The notes under the pieces are model-generated. The model did no database searches. It saw only the letters and a program-made list of their open reading frames with translations, and had not been told where the DNA came from. A stretch of 64,000 bases of DNA from Felis catus (lineage: Eukaryota): the NCBI RefSeq assembly GCF_018350175.1, contig NC_058368.1:13890001-13954000 (forward strand), read 5' to 3'. Numbering within the stretch: the first letter of the stretch is position 1; each line of letters starts with the position of its first letter. This document shows, piece after piece, positions 62,200-64,000 of the stretch. The position numbers and the translations under genes were made by a program.

Positions 62200-64000
62200 T
62201 GTTTCCAAGAAGCTTGTTTCCATTTGTAGGGTATTAGTAAAAATAGGTGAACCTAGGTTTTCATTTTCCTTGGATAAATATCTAAGAGTAGAAATGTCAG
62301 GATGTATAGGTAAATGTATGTTTAACATCATGAAAAACGTACCAAATTGTTTTCCAAAGTGGCTGTATCATTTGTATTCACATAAGAGACAAGTGAGAGT
62401 TCCAGTTGTTTCATACATATCCTTTTCAACGTTTTGTATTATCAGTCTTTTTTATTTGAATCTAGTGGGTGTTTGATTTTGCATTCTCTTAATGTCAAAT
62501 GATGTTAAGCATCTTTTCATGGGCTTATATGGCATTTTCATATTTTTTTTGGAAACATCAGTTTAGATCTTTTGCCTGTTTTAAAAAAGTGGGTTATCTT
62601 TTTTATTACTAAAATGTGAGAGCTCTTTATATATTATTATATATTCTGAATAGTCGTTAATCAGATGTGATTTGCAAATATTTCTTCTTGGGCTGTGGTT
62701 TATCTTTTCACTTTCTTAACAGTATATTAATTTGCGGAAGTCCAGATCATCAGTTTTGTAATGTCCTTTTGTGGCCTGTGTAAGACATATTTGCCAAATC
62801 CAAACTCAAAATATTCTTTCCTAGATGTTTTATAGGTTTAACTCTTTCATTTACAAATGGTGTAAAGAGGCAAGGTTCAGTTATTGGCATATGGACGTCC
62901 AGTTGTATTTCACTCTTTGTAAATACTGTCTTCCCCCATTATTTATGTTGACACATTTGTCTCTAATCAGTTGATGATGTACTGATTTTATTTTGATTTG
63001 TGTGGGTCTGTGATTGGACTTTCTGTTCTGTTCTGTTGATGTGTATGTTTATTGTAATGGCAATACCACATTGTCTTGATTTATGTGGCTTTGTAGTAAG
63101 TTATAAAGTCTGGTAGTTTAGGGCCTCTCAAGTTTATTCTTCTGTTTTGGATTTGTTTTGCCTATTACATGCTTCTTTAATTTCTGTGTACATTTTAGAA
63201 TCTGTGAATTCCCAACAAAAAGGCAGCATGATTGTGGCTTAGATTGTGTAAAAATATGGGTGGAATTGACATCTTCCAGTCCTTGAATATGGTACATTCC
63301 TACAACTGTTTAGATTTTAGGTCTTTTTTCTTTTCTCTATTTAAAAAAAAAACAAAAGCAAACCCAAAAGTCATAGCAATGTTTTATGGTTTTAAGGGTA
63401 CAGACCTTACACATGTTTAGGTGAATTTTTGAGTATTTCATGTTTTATGCTATCTTACTATTTTTGGTTTTAATATATTCTAATTGTTCTTGCTAATATA
63501 AAGAGAAATATAAGTGATTTTTCTGTATAGATCTTAAATCCTGAGACTAGTAAAATTCTTTATTAACTTGAGAAGCTTTTTTATTTTTAAGAGACTTTAG
63601 AGACTTTTTTTCCACTTTTTAAAAATGTTTACTTATTTATTTTGAGAGAGACAGCCAGCACAAATGGGGAAGGGGCAGAGAGAGGGAGAATCCCAAGCAA
63701 GCTCCCCACTGTCAGCATACAGCCTCATGTAGGGCTTGATCCCATGAACAGTGAGATCTTGACCTCAGCTGAAATCAAATTGGAGGCTTAACCAATTGAG
63801 CCACCAGGTGCCCCTAATTTGAGAAGCTTTGAGTAGATTTCTTGTGATTTTCTATGTAAATGATTATGATGTTTGTGAATAAAGAGAGTTTTATCTTTTC
63901 CTTTATAATCTGTATGTCTTGGCATTTTGCATTGGCTTGGGCACCTAGGATAATACGGAATAGAACTGGTTGCAGACGAGGATAGCCTTGCCTTATTCCT
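62200..64000 (-). mobile_element. L1M (MC/ME-type) 3' region
   Basis: ccaaattgttttccaaagtggctgtatcattt; gatgttaagcatcttttcatgggctta; caataccacattgtcttgatt; ggatagccttgccttattcct. Confidence 0.8.
63616..63814 (-). mobile_element. Can-SINE
   Basis: Ends ttgagccaccaggtgcccc. Confidence 0.9.

Overview
Mammalian, non-coding, repeat-rich DNA from a felid, judged from more than 30 carnivore tRNA-derived SINEs (Can-SINE/SINEC), four of them near-identical young SINEC_Fc-type copies. I see no intact protein-coding exon; nearly all tracked ORFs are SINE, L1 or chance artefacts. A T>A skew on + and the mostly antisense L1, LTR and retrocopy inserts suggest one long intron or read-through of an unidentified + strand gene, with a 3'UTR-like block at 1-2000. 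Main objects: (1) a full-length SUMO1 processed pseudogene (-, 29021-30219) with a 1-bp frameshift, poly(A), a TSD and an oddly AT->GC-biased substitution spectrum; (2) a 3'-truncated ERVL-class (MER21-like) provirus (-, ~43660-48015) with 5'LTR, Leu-type PBS and gag, protease, RNase H and integrase remnants, whose RT core is deleted in frame and whose protease C-half is duplicated; (3) many nested TEs, inverted SINE pairs, two LF-SINE-like relics and several motif-dense unique blocks. All family names and homologies come from my recollection of consensus sequences, not from a database search. I found no convincing wholly new biological system.
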